Part shown: positions 50,582 to 61,297 of the stretch, in pieces
Layout: each line of letters begins with the position of its first letter
Position numbering within the stretch: the stretch's first letter is position 1
Assembly: GCA_009691765.1 (NCBI GenBank)
Contig: SIAO01000002.1
Location: 154,415 to 218,414 of the forward strand
Length of the DNA: 64,000 nucleotides
DNA from: Planctomycetota bacterium
GTDB lineage: Bacteria > Planctomycetota > GCA-002687715
Reading direction: 5' to 3'
Made by a program: the position numbers and the translations under genes
Notes under the pieces: generated by a model
Told to the model about the DNA's origin: nothing
The model's database searches: none
Seen by the model: only the letters and a program-made list of their open reading frames with translations

Positions 50582-51634
50582 TCAGTCCAATCCGAGTACG
50601 CGACGATTCAAGCGCGCATCCGCTCCGCCAGCGAAGTCGTCGAAGGAGCGCTCCGTAACCTTGATGATGTGCCGCTTCACGAAGGTGGCGCCTTCAGCAG
50701 CACCGACCAGCGGATCTTTGTACGCGCACTCCCACTCCACCACCGCCCAGCCGGGATAACCGTGCTTGGCGAGGCGCGTGAAGATGCCGCTGAAATCCGT
50801 CTTGCCGTCGCCGAGCGAGCGGAATCTGCCGGGTTTGTCTGCCCAGCCTTGATAGCCGCCATAAACACCGCTGCGTCCATCACGCACCAGTTCCGCGTCC
50901 TTCACATGGAAGGCGCGAATGTGTTCGTGATAGATGTCGATGAACTCCAAGTAATCAATGTGCTGCAACACGAGATGCGATGGGTCGTAGAGAATCTTCA
51001 CACGCGGATGTTGACCACAAGCATCGCGGAAGCGTTCCCAGCTCACGCCATCGTGCGTGTCTTCGCCGGGATGCACTTCGAAGGCGCAGTCCACGCCGCA
51101 CTCTTCGGCCACCTCGAGAATCGGTTTCCAGCGACGCGCGAGTTCGGCGAAGGCTTCTTCCACCAATCCCGCAGGACGCGGCGGCCAAGAATAGAAATAG
51201 GGCCATGCGAGCGCACCTGAAAAGGTGGCCATCGCCGTGCATCCAAGATTGCGTGACGCACGCAGACACAGTTTCACTTGTTCCGCCGCCCAAGCAGCAC
51301 GCGCCTTCGGATTGCCGCGCACTTCCGGTGCCGCGAAACCATCGCAGAGTTCGTCGTAAGCCGGATGCACCGCCACAAGCTGCCCCTGCAAGTGCGTCGA
51401 CAATTCCGTCACTGCGAGGCCCTTGGCAGCGAGCTTGCCCGCATAGTCATCGCACCACGCTTTGGATTGCGCAGCTTGCTTCAAGTCCATGCAGCGCGCA
51501 TCCCATGTGGGAATCTGAACGCCGCAGTAGCCGAGCGAGGCCGCCCAACCAGCGATAGTGTCGAGCGTATTGAAGGGCGCTTGGTCGCCCATGTACTGCG
51601 CGAGAAACAGCCCTGGGCCCTTGATCGTCTTCAT
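50582..51634 (-). CDS. Sugar phosphate isomerase/epimerase (xylose-isomerase-like TIM barrel)
   Basis: FEVHP, DPSH, FHVKD, VEWE metal ligands. Confidence 0.9.
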   Translation of the reverse strand: MKTIKGPGLFLAQYMGDQAPFNTLDTIAGWAASLGYCGVQIPTWDARCMDLKQAAQSKAWCDDYAGKLAAKGLAVTELSTHLQGQLVAVHPAYDELCDGFAAPEVRGNPKARAAWAAEQVKLCLRASRNLGCTAMATFSGALAWPYFYSWPPRPAGLVEEAFAELARRWKPILEVAEECGVDCAFEVHPGEDTHDGVSWERFRDACGQHPRVKILYDPSHLVLQHIDYLEFIDIYHEHIRAFHVKDAELVRDGRSGVYGGYQGWADKPGRFRSLGDGKTDFSGIFTRLAKHGYPGWAVVEWECAYKDPLVGAAEGATFVKRHIIKVTERSFDDFAGGADARLNRRVLGLD

Positions 51635-51648
51635 AGCGCTGCGTTCTC

Positions 51649-52929
51649 TCAGTGCGCCACGGTTTTGCGCCGCGGATACATCACGAGGAAGAGAAGCAAA
51701 CACGCGAGGCTCGCCCACATGGGCACGCTGAACAGGCGGCTGTAGTCCATCTTGCCTTCCAATGTAGCCCACTTGGCCACTTGTCCGCTAATCCACGAAC
51801 CGACGATGACACCAACGCCGACGATCACGAGGTTGAAGAGGCTCTGTGCTGAGGCGCGCACGTCCTTCGACGTGTGTTCGTCCACCAAGATGAACGCGAG
51901 GAAGATGTAGCAACCAAAGATCACACCGTGCAGCGCCACGCCGCTGATGAGAATGGTCATGGGCGCGATGCCTGTCGCTGCACTCAGCGCATCCACTTCG
52001 GCGAAACACAACATGCGTAAGCCGTACGCAAACAAGCCAATGATGAGCAGCGCGCGCTTGCCCAGATCCTTCATCAGGAATCCCATACTGGCGAGCACGA
52101 GGATCTCGGACATTTGCCCGATGGTCATCAAGCCGCCACCACCCACGCCGAAGATCTGTGCAAACGGATCCGCCGCGCCGGAGGCGGCTTGCATCTTCCC
52201 GAGGAAACCCGAGGTGTGCACGAAATAGAACTGATGGATGCACGACACGGGCACCGCCAACAGGAACACCGTGCGCAGCTCCGGACTGCGAAAGATCTCG
52301 CCCAAGGCTTCTCCCCACGCATTGCGACTGATGCCTCGTTGTGGCGGCGTCGCCGGCAAGGTGAAGCAATAAACACCCATGGCAATGCCCAGCAAACCGC
52401 TGAGCTTGAACGCATCGGCCATGCCTTGCTGTTGAGCAGCTTCCAGCGCTGCACCACTCAACCCCGGTGGCGAATACTTGCTCAGCAGCCACTGGCCCAT
52501 CGTGATGCCCACGACGATCCAGCCGATCGTGCCCCACAAACGGACAGGCCCGAATTGCTTCTCGCGATCCGTCATATGCGTGAAGGCCAACGCATTGGTG
52601 AGCGGCATGGTGGGCGAATAGAGCAGGGAATAGAGCAGGGAGAAACACAAGAACGCCTCGAAGGAGTTCAGTGAAGCGAGCTGCCAGACCAAGACGCCAC
52701 CGAGAATGTGACTGATCGCGAGATAACGCTCGGTGTTGAACCAGCGGTCCGCCACTTGTCCGGCGATGAAAGGTGCGGCGATAGCTCCGCAGGCTCCCAC
52801 TCCAAAGATGATCGAAATCTGGTCCGCGCTGAACTTGTGCACACCGGCAAGAAACGGCCAAAGGAGTGGCAACCAAGCTCCCCAGATGGCGTACTGGAGG
52901 AACATCATGATGGAGAGTCTGCTTAGCAT
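51649..52929 (-). CDS. MFS transporter, nucleoside:H+ symporter-like
   Basis: MMFLQYAIWGAW, GQVADRWF, RLWGTIGW, GQMSE; twelve TMs. Confidence 0.88.
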   Translation of the reverse strand: MLSRLSIMMFLQYAIWGAWLPLLWPFLAGVHKFSADQISIIFGVGACGAIAAPFIAGQVADRWFNTERYLAISHILGGVLVWQLASLNSFEAFLCFSLLYSLLYSPTMPLTNALAFTHMTDREKQFGPVRLWGTIGWIVVGITMGQWLLSKYSPPGLSGAALEAAQQQGMADAFKLSGLLGIAMGVYCFTLPATPPQRGISRNAWGEALGEIFRSPELRTVFLLAVPVSCIHQFYFVHTSGFLGKMQAASGAADPFAQIFGVGGGGLMTIGQMSEILVLASMGFLMKDLGKRALLIIGLFAYGLRMLCFAEVDALSAATGIAPMTILISGVALHGVIFGCYIFLAFILVDEHTSKDVRASAQSLFNLVIVGVGVIVGSWISGQVAKWATLEGKMDYSRLFSVPMWASLACLLLFLVMYPRRKTVAH

Positions 52930-52987
52930 GCGCGCAAGCTTACCCGTCACACTTCGGGCGGTCTGCCCCTGCGTGGGGCCAGCGCCT

Positions 52988-54466
52988 TCAGGGTTTACGA
53001 ACTATCACTGCATACGGTCCCGCGGGACCATTGAAATAGCGTGTCCAGTCTTCAGGCGAATGCTCGCGCATCACTTCCAAGAGCGCGCCGCCCTTCGCCG
53101 TCGCCCAATTGGTCCAAGGCAAGCCATCGCCGACTAGGCGATCGGTCACAAATGCGACCGTGCGCCCTTTTTGCACCAGTTCAAAGGCATCCACCAACAC
53201 CGCTGAATCCGTCGCATGAATGCGTGGGTAGATGTGCAAAAAACGCAGCGCATGGGCAGCGCGGTCATTCGAAAGCGTGAAGTACGCAGCGTCAGGTCCG
53301 GCCACCGCCACCACGGTTTCCACACTCTGCATGAGATTGCGTCGGCGCAAGTCGAGCAGGCCAGATCCATGCGTGGCCACTGCAAAAGCGCACAACGCAA
53401 GCAACAGGAGTGCGCCCAAGCGAGCACGAGCAGGTGCTTGGGCTCGCCCGGCTCCAAGGCTCGCCGCCAGCGCCGTCACGAGTGCAAGATTCAGCGCGTG
53501 CCATTCACAATTCTCGGGCTCAAACCATGTGGAAAATGGAATGCGCATTGCCAACGCGAACAGCACAGCCACGCCGAGTCGTTTCCGCGCGGCGTCTGCG
53601 CGCGCTAAACAGCCAGCCAACAACACAATGACACACCACGCCGAGCCTGCGAGTGCGTGAGGCCACACCGCCTCCGAGTATTGCCCGAATGTGGCGCTCC
53701 CGAGCGAGCGTGCGTAGATCGCGAGACGCTCTAAGCCATAGGCATGCGTCGCTGCCATCTGCGGCACATGCGCGTACAGCACCAACCACTCGTGGAAATG
53801 AATCTGCCGACCATCAAACTCGTAGCGCACGAATTGAAAACATGCGGCATACACGGCAAGTGTTGCCAATCCGGCGCAGCACAGCACTCGCAACAAGAGG
53901 CCGAATCGTCCGGGCCCAAGGCCCATCCACGCCGCAGTCAGTAGCGCCGGCAACAACAAGATGCTGTCTTGGCGCAGCGCCAACGCCACCACGATGCTGC
54001 TCCCGAATCTCCACGGCCGCACTCGCTCTGCTGTGGCTTCGCGCAGCGCCCATAGCGCAGCCGCGATGCTAGGCAGATTCACTTCTCCCACCGCCGTTTC
54101 CATGGCGCAGATGCGTGTCGTCGCGAAGGCGGCCGCGCAGCACACACCGAAAAGCAAACGCCCCTTAGCGAAACGCGCGATCAAAACGAGGGCGAAGGCC
54201 GCGCCGAGGCCCGCAAGAATGCGAGCCGCGACAAAGCCGGGGTGAGTGACGCCACAAACATCCAGTACGGGCATCAATGCGTTTTGCAGCGCATGAAACC
54301 CTGGGTGATGCGGATTCAGACTCCACTGCGGTTCGGTCTCGACGATGACGCCATAAATAATGCTGTCGTGGAGGCTGAAGGCGCCGTCGGCATCCAATGG
54401 AAAAAACCACAGCGCCCACGGCAGCGTGAGCAACGCAGCAAAGCACAGCCCCTTGGTGACGCCCAT
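52988..54466 (-). CDS. Polytopic membrane protein, possibly GT-C glycosyltransferase-like
   Basis: About ten TMs; first loop HDSIIY...NPHHP; GEVN; short soluble C-terminal domain. Confidence 0.55.
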   Translation of the reverse strand: MGVTKGLCFAALLTLPWALWFFPLDADGAFSLHDSIIYGVIVETEPQWSLNPHHPGFHALQNALMPVLDVCGVTHPGFVAARILAGLGAAFALVLIARFAKGRLLFGVCCAAAFATTRICAMETAVGEVNLPSIAAALWALREATAERVRPWRFGSSIVVALALRQDSILLLPALLTAAWMGLGPGRFGLLLRVLCCAGLATLAVYAACFQFVRYEFDGRQIHFHEWLVLYAHVPQMAATHAYGLERLAIYARSLGSATFGQYSEAVWPHALAGSAWCVIVLLAGCLARADAARKRLGVAVLFALAMRIPFSTWFEPENCEWHALNLALVTALAASLGAGRAQAPARARLGALLLLALCAFAVATHGSGLLDLRRRNLMQSVETVVAVAGPDAAYFTLSNDRAAHALRFLHIYPRIHATDSAVLVDAFELVQKGRTVAFVTDRLVGDGLPWTNWATAKGGALLEVMREHSPEDWTRYFNGPAGPYAVIVRKP

Positions 54467-54535
54467 GTGCGAACAGCATAGCCCGCGTGAGCGTGCGCAC
54501 CGCTTCCGCTATGGTTTCAACCCTCGGAGCTCAAA

Positions 54536-57535
54536 ATGCCATTCCGTATTGCCCTACTCCTACTTGCTCTCTGGACCTGCGGCTTGGCGCAAGACGCCGC
54601 AGCCCTCGCAGAGAAACTCCCGAAGTGCGCCGCCGTGGTGCTCGATGGCAGCCAGCTATTCCTTCAAGCCCCGAACGCCACCAGATTCGTAGTTCGCAGC
54701 GTGACCGCGGAAGGCGCCGCGGTGGTCGAAGCCAAACAGCGCGCAGTGAATGTCGACGCAGACTTGTTGCATGCCGATGCAAGCGCCGCGCTCAACATGC
54801 TGGAGCAACTCGTCACGCAGGCGACGAAAGATGGCGTCGATGGAGCGCTGCGGCTGCGCTCGGTCCCGTTGGTTGGCCCGCACCTGAGTAGCGGTACAGC
54901 TTGGGTGCTGCCGGAAGGCGTTGCGAAAAAACAGCCGGGCTCCTCGCCCGCAACGCGCCTAGCTTTGGCCGACGCTGTGAAGCCCTTGGAAAGTCGTGTG
55001 AAATCCCTCGAAGTCACTCCTGCTGGGCAACAGGCCGTCAGTCAGCTCCTCGCGATGCTCACGGAAGACGAAACCACGGATTCTTTCCTCAAGCCGCCGT
55101 TCGCGCGGGCGCTCGTGCGTGGTGGTTGGCTGCGGACGCTGCCGCAATTGGATGCAGAAGCTCGGCGTCTCGAAACGGCACTCGCCGCCGCTGAAGCGCT
55201 CCGCCCGAAACTCATGTGGGTGGGTAAAGGCATCCGCGTCGCCGAACTCACCAACGCCTTCGGTGCCAGTGGCTGGACGTTGCAAACGCCGCTGCGCAGT
55301 GGTTACGCACGCGTGCTGCCGAAACCAGGATTCGACCCGGCCTGCCCCGAACTTTCTTTGGTTGTGAGCTTGCCGGCTGGCAGCGACCCACTCAAAGACG
55401 CAGCCAAGGCTACGAATGCTGAAGTGCTGTTCGACGGCATGGTGTTGGCGCGCTGGTCTGCCGCAGGCTTGGTCGCTGACAGCGACACATGGCGCAAGAC
55501 GGTTGCGCAACACTCGCTGCGCACGCCGGGTATCGCGAAAGGTTTTTTGCCGCCGCACATTCCGCTCTTCGATCTTGACGGCACACTTCACAAGCTCATC
55601 ACCGCGCATGGTGTCCTTGATATGGCTGAGGCCAAGAACTCCGCTGCGTTCCTCAACGCTGCTGCGAAGGTCCTGCCCGACGTAGGACACATGGACCTCT
55701 TGGGTGAGTGCATGTTCACCTATGTGCTCGACAGCCCAGACCCACGCTTCCCGTTGCTCGTGGGTACCGACAAAGTGCAAGGAGAGATTCACCAAACCGT
55801 CGCGCAAACACTCGCGACCACCAGTGGTGGCATTTGTCGCGGCGACTGCGACGACATCGCCGAGCTCTATCAAGAAGTTGCGCTGCGTCAGGGCAAGCTC
55901 GCTCACATCGCGAATCTCCCAGGCCATGCTGCGTGCTTCTGGGTGGACAAACTCGAAGACGGCGGCTTCGTCGCACATGTGTTGCAGACGGGACCGCCGA
56001 TGTCTTTCGCTGCCAAGACCGTGCCGGAAGCGTTACGCGCCGCGTACACCGAGTTTGGTATCGCTGACAATTTCGATCCCGATCAAATCGCCGTCGCCAT
56101 CCGCTTCAACGGCGAAAACCAACGCAGCACTTGGGTTCTTGGCTGGCGCATCTTCACAGAGAAGGACTACGCCACAGCCATGATCGATGTGCAGCGCGAT
56201 TGGCATTTCCACACGTTCAGGCGCGGCATTGTGAAAATGGAAGCGATGGTGGCAGGCGGCGACAAAGATCCCGCCAACGAGCGCGAGCTCGTGGGTTTGT
56301 GCGAAGCCACTGCGCAGTGGTCTGCAGCGGTAGAACATGTGAAGCGCGCGCAAGCTGCCGGGGATCCAACATTCACCTTGGCCACGCGCCTCATCGCAGA
56401 TCTCTTTGAATCCGGGCAGCGCGATGCAGCCCAAGCGGCCGTCGAAGCGCTGCTCACAACAGACCTCCCTGCAGCGGCGAAATCCCTCGGCCTCGGCATG
56501 ACGTCGGTCGGGTTTCAGTTGGCTGGCACCGTCCTTGCGAGCGGTCGTGATCCTGCGTTGGCGGCGCGCTGCTTGGACAGCACATGCACGGCGCAAGTGC
56601 AACGCTTGATCACCCAGCTCGGCGGTTTCATTCGCAGCAATCGTTTCAACGCCGAAGCGTGGAAACACGATGGCACGATGGTGGAACTGAGGCGTCTGAT
56701 TCGCACCTATGTCAGTCTCGGGTGCGGCATCCTCGAAGATGCGCCGAGCCTCTTGGCCGATGCCAACCCAGCGGCCACGCGCATTTCGCAACAAGTCGAG
56801 CAGTGGCTCGCCACCATCGCGTTTCGCGACTTCGATGAGCCTGCTGAACTCTTAGATCGTTATGCAGATGCAGGGCGTTACGCCGCCATCGCCCTTGGCA
56901 ACGAGCGTTTCCATTCGATGTTGCAACGCGGCGAATGGCCAACGCAATTGCCGACGGAACCATGGACGCGCAGTGCAGGCGTCGCACAGCTCACACAAGA
57001 TGCCGCCTTCGTGCGCATGGCGCCGTCCTGGTACGGACAACAACTCTTGAATCAGTTCGGCACCGGCCGCAAGACCTATGACGCCGCGTTGGTGCAACGC
57101 TTGTGGAAGGGCATGGAGAGCGCTCGCACTGCGGCGCGCAAGCTCGGGCTGGAGAGCCGCGTGATGGATCAACTGATGGCCAGTTGCCGCGTGATGGCCA
57201 ACGCCGCCCTCAAAGACAAAGCAGGACTCAAGGCAGCGTTGATTGCAGTGGCGCAGCAAAACGACAAGCATCTGCGCGACCAAGTCGTGGCGTGGATGGG
57301 CCAGTCCGCGCGCTTCTTCGACACCGTTTGGTTCGGCGAGATGCTGACCGTGTTCGACGCTGAAATTCACTACAAACCCAGCTATTTCGAGATCGCTTGG
57401 AAGGCTGCGCAAGGTGGGGCCATTCCACACGCTTTGTTGGCCGCAGACCTCGCAGAGAAGCGCTTCGGCGACGATCCGACTTTCCGCGAAGAAGCCGCAT
57501 GGTTGCGGGCTCTGCTCGGTCCGAAGAAACCTTGA
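54536..57535 (+). CDS. Secreted protein with transglutaminase-like Cys-His core and helical/TPR C-terminus
   Basis: Signal peptide; RGDCDDIAEL...PGHAACFW...HVLQTG. Confidence 0.65.
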   Translation: MPFRIALLLLALWTCGLAQDAAALAEKLPKCAAVVLDGSQLFLQAPNATRFVVRSVTAEGAAVVEAKQRAVNVDADLLHADASAALNMLEQLVTQATKDGVDGALRLRSVPLVGPHLSSGTAWVLPEGVAKKQPGSSPATRLALADAVKPLESRVKSLEVTPAGQQAVSQLLAMLTEDETTDSFLKPPFARALVRGGWLRTLPQLDAEARRLETALAAAEALRPKLMWVGKGIRVAELTNAFGASGWTLQTPLRSGYARVLPKPGFDPACPELSLVVSLPAGSDPLKDAAKATNAEVLFDGMVLARWSAAGLVADSDTWRKTVAQHSLRTPGIAKGFLPPHIPLFDLDGTLHKLITAHGVLDMAEAKNSAAFLNAAAKVLPDVGHMDLLGECMFTYVLDSPDPRFPLLVGTDKVQGEIHQTVAQTLATTSGGICRGDCDDIAELYQEVALRQGKLAHIANLPGHAACFWVDKLEDGGFVAHVLQTGPPMSFAAKTVPEALRAAYTEFGIADNFDPDQIAVAIRFNGENQRSTWVLGWRIFTEKDYATAMIDVQRDWHFHTFRRGIVKMEAMVAGGDKDPANERELVGLCEATAQWSAAVEHVKRAQAAGDPTFTLATRLIADLFESGQRDAAQAAVEALLTTDLPAAAKSLGLGMTSVGFQLAGTVLASGRDPALAARCLDSTCTAQVQRLITQLGGFIRSNRFNAEAWKHDGTMVELRRLIRTYVSLGCGILEDAPSLLADANPAATRISQQVEQWLATIAFRDFDEPAELLDRYADAGRYAAIALGNERFHSMLQRGEWPTQLPTEPWTRSAGVAQLTQDAAFVRMAPSWYGQQLLNQFGTGRKTYDAALVQRLWKGMESARTAARKLGLESRVMDQLMASCRVMANAALKDKAGLKAALIAVAQQNDKHLRDQVVAWMGQSARFFDTVWFGEMLTVFDAEIHYKPSYFEIAWKAAQGGAIPHALLAADLAEKRFGDDPTFREEAAWLRALLGPKKP

Positions 57536-57574
57536 AGCAGCGGCACTATGATCTGCCTCCCCTACGGAGGCCCC

Positions 57575-59773
57575 ATGATCATCCGCACTGCCCTGTTGCT
57601 GTTGCCCTTGATGCTGCTCGCGTTCGCGCAAGATGCGATCAAGATCGAATCCGCGTCCGCTGCTCGCAATCCGCTCGACGGCTTGGGAGCTGGCGTTGTA
57701 TGGGCCTGTTCCGATCCGGAGCTGCTGCCTGAAGGCTCGAATCAAGCCGAGACTCGCAAAAGCGCCACGGCCAACAAAGGCTTTGATCGCACGAAGGCTC
57801 TTGATGACGCGCTGGCTCGTGCGAAGGCCGAGAACAAAGTGGTGTTTTGGTATTGCCCGCGCGTGACGGCAGGGCTGCAAGGGCGACAGATGTACCGCCC
57901 GGCGATTCTCGACAACTATGCGCTCGCAACTTGGTTCAGCGATCCGGAGTGCGTGGCCATGCTGAATCGCCGCACCATCGCCGTGCGACTCACCTGTGAT
58001 GCTGCTTTGGGCAAACGCTTCGACATCACTGGGCCGGAGCGTGTGGAACCCATGATCGCCATTCTGAAAACCGATGGCACGATCGCGTTACTGAAAGATG
58101 GTCTGCGTACTTTCAACACCGGCTGGTTCGAACATTTCCTCAGCGACGCGTTGAGCGCCGCAGGCGCAACGGGGCCTTCAACCGAAACTGGTGCAGCGCT
58201 GCAAGCGTTGAAAGAGGGCAAGGGCTCAGATCTCGCAGTCGCACAAGCGTGGTTGGCCGATGGCGCTCTCGCCAAAGCGCAAACCGCGCTGCCGTCATTT
58301 TTTTCCGGGATTTCGACAGCCAAGGTGACGGAAGCCGACGACGGCGTGGCCCTGGTGCGCGCTGCGGTGCTTCGCCGCTTGGGCGATCCAGCCGCAGCGC
58401 TCACTGCGCTTGCTGCATTGGAAAAACCGGGCGCCGCGGTGCGCCTCGAACGCGCGCGTTCGCTGCTCTTGCTGCGCAATCTCGACGAAGCGCTGGAAGA
58501 ACTGACGAGCGTGCGTCGTGGGCGAGACCAAACTGAAGCGCACTGGTTGCGCGCTGTTTGTCAGCATTTCCTGCGCAACGACACCATGGCGGAGCACGAG
58601 TGGCGCCAAGCCGCCGCGGGCCCGGAAGACAACAGTTTCACAGCGCGCGCTGCTGCCTGCGTCATGGATGGCCGTGACCTCACACCGGTGGGGCCCATGC
58701 CGCATGGGTTTGAAGACCCCTTCCCCGTTCGCATGCCACACAATGCCGCCGCAAGCGGAACATCCATGCCGCGCCCTGTGAAAGATGCTCGCGCCATCGC
58801 GCCAGATGCGCTGCACTACTTGCTGAGCTTGCAACGTGAGAACGGCGGATGGACTGATAGCCGCTATGCCTACTGGCCAACGCCCGACTTAACCCCCAAC
58901 GCTTGGATGGCAGCAACGGCCTTGAGCATGGCGGCGTTACTGGAATGGCGTGACGTTGCTCCGGATCGCGTCGAGCGCGCTTTGGAAATTGGCGAGCGCT
59001 ACTTGTTTGACGAGCGCAAGATGAATCGTGGCAGCAACGAAGAAATCTATGCCGACGCTTATCGGCTGCTGTATCTCACCAAGAAACACGCGCGCGCCAC
59101 TTCCGACAGCGACAAGGCTGCAACCATGGAGCGCATGAAGGCGGTGACTGGTGAACTTGCGCGCACCCAGACGACCGGCAAAGCCAAGGGCTTCTGGGCT
59201 CACGAGTATTCGAATCCATTTTCGACCGGCGCGGTGATGGACATCTTGTTGCAAGCACGCGATGCGGGTGTGCCCATCGCACCTTCGCTGTTACACGACG
59301 GCGCAGAGGCGCTGCTATCGACACGCTCAAAGACCGGGGCCTTCGCTTACGGAGCAGGCCGTCCACCCGGCGACAGCGAAGAAGCCGCGAAGAACAGCAT
59401 GACACGCGCTGCGATCTGTGAAGCGGCCATTCTGCGCTCGGGCCACCAGCAAGGCAGTGCAGAGAAACTCGAGGCCGCCATCAGCACTTTCTGGAAATTC
59501 CAGCCACGGCTCGAACGAGTGCGGCGCTGCGATTTCCACACAGATGGCGAATTGGCGGGCTTCTTCTTCTGGCACTCGCTCTACCACACGAGCAATGCCA
59601 TGGCGGCCGCACCCGCTGCAAGCGCCGCAAGTCACAAAGCGAAGCTGCTCGAGTACCTCGTGACTCTGCAAGAGATCGACGGCTCATTCCTCGACAGTCA
59701 TGAAATGGGCAAAGCTGTCGGCACGGCCTATGGCTTGCTCACCCTCGCCAATCTGCTGCAAGCGCAGAACTGA
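57575..59773 (+). CDS. Secreted thioredoxin-like plus TPR plus prenyltransferase-repeat protein
   Basis: GGAGG RBS before ATG 57575; ALARAKAENKVVFWY; TPR helices; QW repeats LQRENGGW and LQEIDGSF. Confidence 0.7.
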   Translation: MIIRTALLLLPLMLLAFAQDAIKIESASAARNPLDGLGAGVVWACSDPELLPEGSNQAETRKSATANKGFDRTKALDDALARAKAENKVVFWYCPRVTAGLQGRQMYRPAILDNYALATWFSDPECVAMLNRRTIAVRLTCDAALGKRFDITGPERVEPMIAILKTDGTIALLKDGLRTFNTGWFEHFLSDALSAAGATGPSTETGAALQALKEGKGSDLAVAQAWLADGALAKAQTALPSFFSGISTAKVTEADDGVALVRAAVLRRLGDPAAALTALAALEKPGAAVRLERARSLLLLRNLDEALEELTSVRRGRDQTEAHWLRAVCQHFLRNDTMAEHEWRQAAAGPEDNSFTARAAACVMDGRDLTPVGPMPHGFEDPFPVRMPHNAAASGTSMPRPVKDARAIAPDALHYLLSLQRENGGWTDSRYAYWPTPDLTPNAWMAATALSMAALLEWRDVAPDRVERALEIGERYLFDERKMNRGSNEEIYADAYRLLYLTKKHARATSDSDKAATMERMKAVTGELARTQTTGKAKGFWAHEYSNPFSTGAVMDILLQARDAGVPIAPSLLHDGAEALLSTRSKTGAFAYGAGRPPGDSEEAAKNSMTRAAICEAAILRSGHQQGSAEKLEAAISTFWKFQPRLERVRRCDFHTDGELAGFFFWHSLYHTSNAMAAAPAASAASHKAKLLEYLVTLQEIDGSFLDSHEMGKAVGTAYGLLTLANLLQAQN

Positions 59774-59839
59774 GAGCACGCAGAAGCAGCAAACCAACGA
59801 CGATAGAAGGCGCACGCGCTTTAGGCTACTCTGCGCCCC

Positions 59840-61297
59840 GTGACGCCGCAGCAGGCGACCTCAATGCCGTCCGCCGAATTTTTTGCAGCTCTGCGCTCCA
59901 TCATCGGGCCTGAACGGTGCATCACCGACCCCGGCCTGCTGCTGGCGTACGAGTGCGATGGCATCACGCACCTGCGCACCACACCCAGCGCTGCGGTGCT
60001 GCCCGAATCGCGTGAAGAAGTGCAAGCACTCGTCAGGTTGTGTGCAACGCATGGCGTTCCCATCACAGGTCGGGGCGCAGGCACTTGCTTGTCTGGAGGC
60101 GCAACGGCAAGTGCCGGCGGCATTCTCGTGGTCTTCACGCGCATGAAGCGCATTTTGAAAGTGGATGCTGCGAACCGCCTTGTTGTGGTCGAGCCCGGCG
60201 TCGTGAACGCGCGACTGTCAGAAACACTGCGCCCCCTCGGTTTGGCCTACATGCCAGACCCGTCCAGCCAGACCGCCTGCACGCTTGGTGGCAATGTCGG
60301 CGAGAACAGCGGCGGGCCGCACTGCATCAAACATGGCGCCACTTCAGCCAGCGTCCTAGCGCTCGAAGTTGTCTTGCCAGACGGCAGCGTCGTCAACTGC
60401 GGGCACGCTCGCGGCCGCACCGCAGCGCCCGATTTGCGTGGACTCATCGTAGGTTCTGAAGGCACGCTTGGCCTTGTCACGGCCATCACTCTGCACCTTG
60501 AACGCATTCCCCGCCACGAACTAACTCTGCTGGCTTCGTACCGCGACATGCGCTCTGCCTGCGAAGGCGTGAGCGCCGTCATTGCCGCCGGCATCCTTCC
60601 CTCAGCACTCGAAGCCCTCGATGATCGCACCATTGCTGCGCTGGAAGCGAGCGGCAAGCCCTCTGGCTACCCGCGCGATGCTGCTGCGGTGTTGTTGCTC
60701 GAGTTCGACGGAGAAGCCAGCGCCGTGCGCGCCGAAGCAGAAGCTGCTTCTGCGCTCTTGCGCAATGCCGGTGCCATCACCCTTGAAGAGGCCACGGACT
60801 CAGAACAGCGCAAGCGCTTGTGGAAAGGACGCAAGGGAGCTTTCGGCGCCATGGGCCGCCTTGCGCCAGACCTGTACGTCATGGACACGGTGGTGCCGCG
60901 CTCGAAGTTGGCAGAGGTGTTGCCGCAAATCGGTCGCATCTGCGATCAGTTGGGCCTGCGCCTCGCCAATGTGTTTCATGCAGGTGAAGGGAACCTGCAT
61001 CCCAACATCAGTTACGACGGACGTAATCCTGACGAAGTGAAGCGCGTCATCGAAGCCGGACACCAAATCGTGGAACTGTGTTTGGCCGCAGGCGGAGTTC
61101 TCAGCGGCGAGCACGGCATCGGCACGGAGAAGCGCGATTACATGCCGCTGATGTTCGGAGCCGACAGCCTGAGCGCCATGAGAGATTTGCGCGAAGTGTT
61201 CGATCCGCAAACACTCTTCAACCCCGACAAGCTGTTGCCCACACCACGTATCTGCGCCGAATCCGGGTTCCCGGGAAAACCGAGAACACGGCCGTGA
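59840..61297 (+). CDS. glcD: Glycolate oxidase subunit GlcD
   Basis: RGAGTCLSGGA, PDPSSQ..CTLGGN..ENSGG, GSEGTLG, HAGEGNLHP, GEHGIG. Confidence 0.9.
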   Translation: MTPQQATSMPSAEFFAALRSIIGPERCITDPGLLLAYECDGITHLRTTPSAAVLPESREEVQALVRLCATHGVPITGRGAGTCLSGGATASAGGILVVFTRMKRILKVDAANRLVVVEPGVVNARLSETLRPLGLAYMPDPSSQTACTLGGNVGENSGGPHCIKHGATSASVLALEVVLPDGSVVNCGHARGRTAAPDLRGLIVGSEGTLGLVTAITLHLERIPRHELTLLASYRDMRSACEGVSAVIAAGILPSALEALDDRTIAALEASGKPSGYPRDAAAVLLLEFDGEASAVRAEAEAASALLRNAGAITLEEATDSEQRKRLWKGRKGAFGAMGRLAPDLYVMDTVVPRSKLAEVLPQIGRICDQLGLRLANVFHAGEGNLHPNISYDGRNPDEVKRVIEAGHQIVELCLAAGGVLSGEHGIGTEKRDYMPLMFGADSLSAMRDLREVFDPQTLFNPDKLLPTPRICAESGFPGKPRTRP

